Of a stretch of 64,000 bases of DNA, positions 60,312-64,000 are shown in pieces. Under the pieces are notes generated by a model, which was given only the letters and a program-made list of their open reading frames with translations, made no database searches and had not been told where the DNA came from. The stretch covers positions 1,308,451 through 1,372,450 of the forward strand of contig CAJINV010000010.1 in the NCBI GenBank assembly GCA_905178155.1. The letters run 5' to 3'. How positions within the stretch are numbered: position 1 is the stretch's first letter; each line of letters starts with the position of its first letter. Source of the stretch: Amoebophrya sp. A120. Lineage: Eukaryota > Protista > Dinoflagellata. Position numbers and translations under genes: made by a program.

Positions 60312-60368
60312 CTTCAATCTAACTTATCTGACTAGAAGAGCCGGCTTGAGTCTCAAGGCGTAGCGTAG

Positions 60369-60896
60369 TGTTAGTGGACTTGAGAACACTCGCACACACT
60401 TACACACGTTTGCTCCACTGAGCTCGTTATCAACAGCAGTTCAATGAATTCTCTCAATTGCAAGTAAGCAAGCAAGTGACGCAAGTCTCTTGCTACGTTA
60501 CATCCTGTAGGTTCAATTCATCCAAATTCATCACATTCATATGGACCAAACCTGGTCAGAGTCAAGTGGCCAAACAGCACGGGAGTCCACTCCTCAACCT
60601 GCTCAGATTGGTGCTCGACCCTGGTGGGAGTCAAGTCCCCCAGGGTTACCATTCTGAACGTCTGGACCGAGCTGAGTCCATTCATTTCACTACGATCCTG
60701 ATGGCTTTGCCTTCGTAGTATTTGGGGGATTCGCGGAACATGGTGAAGAGTTTCCTTTAGGATCTAGATAGATTCTGACCATTTCCCTAAGGATCTAGCT
60801 AGTTCAGGTCATTCAGAGCTGTCATTTCATTGAGGAACAGGCGTCATTTGGGGCGATCGTGTTATGTGTGTGCGGGATCGATTTCCATGGCCAACA
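60369..60896 (-). repeat. 5' LTR
   Basis: Direct repeat of 54668-55195. Confidence 0.95.
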
Positions 60897-63807
60897 GGTA
60901 AGGTCTGCGGATATAATTTTTTTTTTTTGGTTTATTTTTTGCGAGGCAAGATATCCAAGCTGCGTCTGCAATGGATAGAAAACTGTGGCTGCTTAAAAAG
61001 TAGGCATATGCAGCAGGCAGGTCTCCAGCTCAGCTCCTCGGAGCGTCAGTTTTAGTTTCTTTAGTTTTAGTCTGCAAAAAGTTTAAGCGTTAGCTATCTC
61101 TCTCTCAGTTCCTGCATTGAAACTTCTGACAAGCGCAAAGCTGTTCTATGGCCGACGTGGTGGTTAGGATTGCCTGACTGCTGCGTTGAGCCCGGCCCGT
61201 TGCCATTTTGGCTCAAGGAGCCTAACTTAGTAGAAACCTGTCGAGGGCGGGGCCCTCTGCACGGGGCCCCTGGAGAGTATGCGTAGGCAGCCGGGTGCAG
61301 CCGGCTGCGCCCTAGATTCATGTAAGCTACGCCTGTTAGTCACCGCCGCCACCACCCAAGTTGGTTCCATCCGGCACCACCGTGCAGCTCAGTGACCCGA
61401 GGGAGAAAGTCACCAACGCCAAACTCCAACCGCCGGCAGCGTCTAGTGCGAGGCCGTGCAGCAACAAGGGCAAGCACGACGCGACCGGTGGGGGTTTCTC
61501 CCTCCACCGCCAGAGGCATTGTGGCGCATACCGACCTCGCCAAGACCTCCGCACACCGCCGGAGGATCTTCGACGACGGACCGCGCCCGAAGCAAGCCGA
61601 CCGCAGAAAGACTAGCTCGTCGTGGTGTTTTTTCAGCGAGCGGCGGAACGTGTGCTCGTGGCAAGGAGTCTCTGTTCGAAAAGCTTCCACAGGCCGCGAT
61701 CGTCCACATTCTGGGCAAGTTGTGGCGCCAAAGATTACGCCTGCACTGTCGTCGGGGGTTTGTATGTGCGTGTGGTTACGGTGGAGTATGGATAAACTTT
61801 TTCACTTACCTATTGTTTGTGTCATGCATAGACTTCATATTCTACAGCACGTCCTCGTCTTCGCCGTTAACTACGCATATTTTGAAGTGTTTGTCTAATT
61901 TGCAGATACATTCGTTGTCGGTCCCCGCGAAGCTGTCCTGTCATCGTTCTGCGCAATTATTAATATCAGGTATACTACATGACTGCGTTGGATTTGGGAC
62001 GAGACAAGCGATGGAACGGCGACGGATGAGCACTGATGCTTGCCGAATAGGGCGACATGGTGTGGCGGGCACCTCGCCGCCATTTGGCTTCCACCAGAAC
62101 ACCCTCGCGCTTCGCGGAGAAAGCCACCCGACCCGTCCTGAAGCACCTCAACAAGCCTAAAAGCCACCGACTGCGGCCCAGGACAGCGAGCCGGGCTTGT
62201 AGTTCATCCAGTAGCGCGGCAGCGCATTAAATGAGGTTGAGGAAGCTGTGGACAGCAGGTTTTTTGTATGTGGCGAAAAAAAAAAAAGCTAGTCTGATGT
62301 TGGTGAAGAACACAGCGAGGCTGAACGCAAAGGAGTGGGGCCAGAGTAACTAAGTTAGAAAGAGCGTTACTAGTTAAAAGACATATACCCGGCGACGATA
62401 TAGTCTAGAAGTTTGTTATACTTAGCGCCCCTGTTGCAGCAGGAGATAAACACGTAAGAACTCATCGACCGGCGTTATTTAGACGGGGATGCCTAGAATA
62501 GGCCTCAAAGGCTTAGCTTATTACATCCCCCGCACTGCTGTTGCATCAGCAGTTGCGGCGACACGCGTGACGTTCGCGGGGCCCACCGAGGTGGCTAAAA
62601 AATTTGCATTGCGGTCCGCGGATCGCTTAACTGCCGTGGCCGTCACCCTTGCGTGATCGTGTAGTACATGCCGCGTAGCGCTAGCGCCCGCCTCGACCTA
62701 ACTCTAGTGGTAGCGCACAAGACCACTGCGCGGCTCGGTGGCACTAGATGGAAAAAGTTCGGTCCTGCGTTTTGTATGCACCTCGGCCACAACATGCATT
62801 CTAACGACAACAAAAGTAGTGCTCGTTCAGAAAAAGAAAAGTCAAGTTTCCAAGGGAAAAAGATAGAGAAGATCCTGCTCCCAGTGCTGTGCATTGCATG
62901 CCGCCTCCGGGCGGTGTGTGTGTGCATGCCCGTGGTGCTACTAATCGGATCCAAATGTTTATCTTCAACAAAAGGGCTCGAAAAGAAAAATGTCAAACAG
63001 GCCGAGGTGAGTGAGATGCATGAAAAAGCAACGCTTTGTATTGTTAGAAGGAAAAACTAGTACGTAAGTGACTGATAACTTAGACAGGGTTTAGGGTTCG
63101 ACGTGTGCTCCCGTCTGGCGCGTGAAGTTATTACATTGGCCAGTATAAGACTCTCGGTGGACCTGCCAGGGTTGGGCTATTTCCCCGTCCCCCCTGTAAG
63201 CATGTTGATCTTAAGCCCGGGGTTTGTATGACACGAGGGAGGGGTGCAGGTTCATCGTTAGCCGCCTCTACTATAGCAGTAAGCGTGGTCAAGCTTAGCT
63301 CATGAAAGCACTCGCCGGAGCTCTTACAGCCCCGAGTGCGCCCCACTCCAACGGCTCCAACGGCTGCGCCACGTGCGCCGACACCTCTGATCTGATCTGA
63401 TCGTGGGAGTGTAGTTTTGTTCTTTGGGTGGACGAGGTATCATGGCCGGAGGTTGACCTATGGCCATGGTCAACTTTCTTGTGTGGAATCGTCCGGAGTA
63501 GTGGTCTTGATTCGTCCGTCGTCGTCGTGTCATGTTCGTGCCATAATTCCTAGCTTCCAGCTCTATCGTATTAAAAGCATCGTCTTTTTCTTGGCCCTGT
63601 CGTGCTGTCGGGAGGCGAGGCTGGGACGAAGTCATCTTCGTACTTATTACGAGCCCTTGGCGCGGGCCCTTCGGGGGCCCGCTGGGCTCGCAAAGTCGAT
63701 TCCTGTAGTGTTGGTAAATACGGCGCTTGGGTGGTGGTGCTTTGGGCTTTGGTCTTGGTTGGTTGCGAGTCGCCAAACTCGCAACCAGCCCGGAAGGTGA
63801 CGGCACT

Positions 63808-64000
63808 AATAGCAAGCAATAGCAAGCCTTTTTTCTTTTCCTTTGCTTTTGGCTCTTTGCTATTGCTTGCTTGCTATTGCTTGCTGGCTATTGCTTGCTT
63901 GCTATTTCTTGCTTGCTATTGCTTGCTTGCCATTGCTTGCTTGCTATTGTTTGCTGGCTATTGCTTGCTTGCTATTGCTTGCTTGCTATTGCTTGCTTGC
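63808..64000. repeat. (GCTATTGCTTGCTT)n simple repeat running off the window end
   Basis: Array from ~63857; short inverted copy AATAGCAAGCAATAGCAAG at 63808-63826. Confidence 0.9.

Larger units (their letters stand above)
54668..60896 (-). mobile_element. Full-length Ty1/copia LTR retrotransposon
   Basis: 528-bp TG...CA LTRs; TSD GGTAA at 54663-54667 and 60897-60901; PPT TGAGGAGGGG at 55196-55205 on the minus strand; domain order gag-PR-IN-RT-RH. Confidence 0.96.

Noticed and set aside
63086-63098. AGGGTTTAGGGTT telomere-like motif
   Set aside because: Under two units; could be chance.
63131-63815. Possible decayed retroelement end (minus-strand ORFs, purine tract near 63190)
   Set aside because: No recognisable domain or paired LTR within the window.
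1-64000. Autonomous transposase for the introners; tRNA, rRNA or spliced-leader genes
   Set aside because: None was recognisable by eye. The copia integrase also makes 5-bp TSDs, but its ends are TG...CA and nothing links it to the TAT...ATA elements.

Overview
Eukaryotic genomic DNA, most likely from an alveolate/dinoflagellate. The intron style closely resembles what has been reported for the parasite Amoebophrya; this taxon call is inference. Eight protein-coding genes, all on the + strand, were reconstructed by hand: the 3' part of an FAD-linked oxidoreductase, two tandem threonyl-tRNA synthetases, a UBA-UAS-UBX (FAF1/2-like) protein, V-ATPase subunit F, the Rab3GAP catalytic subunit and two low-complexity orphan genes. 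The dominant signal is 33 short (145-334 bp) insertions with TAT...ATA terminal inverted repeats and 5-bp target duplications. All lie in coding exons, lack GT-AG ends, occur in both orientations, and must be removed with one TSD copy to restore the frame, so they are introner-type non-canonical introns in at least 7 families. They share an internal TTGTNATGC motif that also occurs in GT-AG introns, cluster about 40-90 bp apart, and show swapped terminal caps between sister copies. None is shared between the two ThrRS paralogs, whereas all six GT-AG introns are. Also present are two loci where a 37-47 bp sequence is triplicated around pairs of 1-1.5 kb non-coding inserts, a full-length Ty1/copia element with an in-frame gag-UGA-pol junction, a probable truncated non-LTR insertion, GC-rich intergenic islands and tandem repeats. 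Coordinates were read by eye and may be off by a few bases; no splicing evidence is available.
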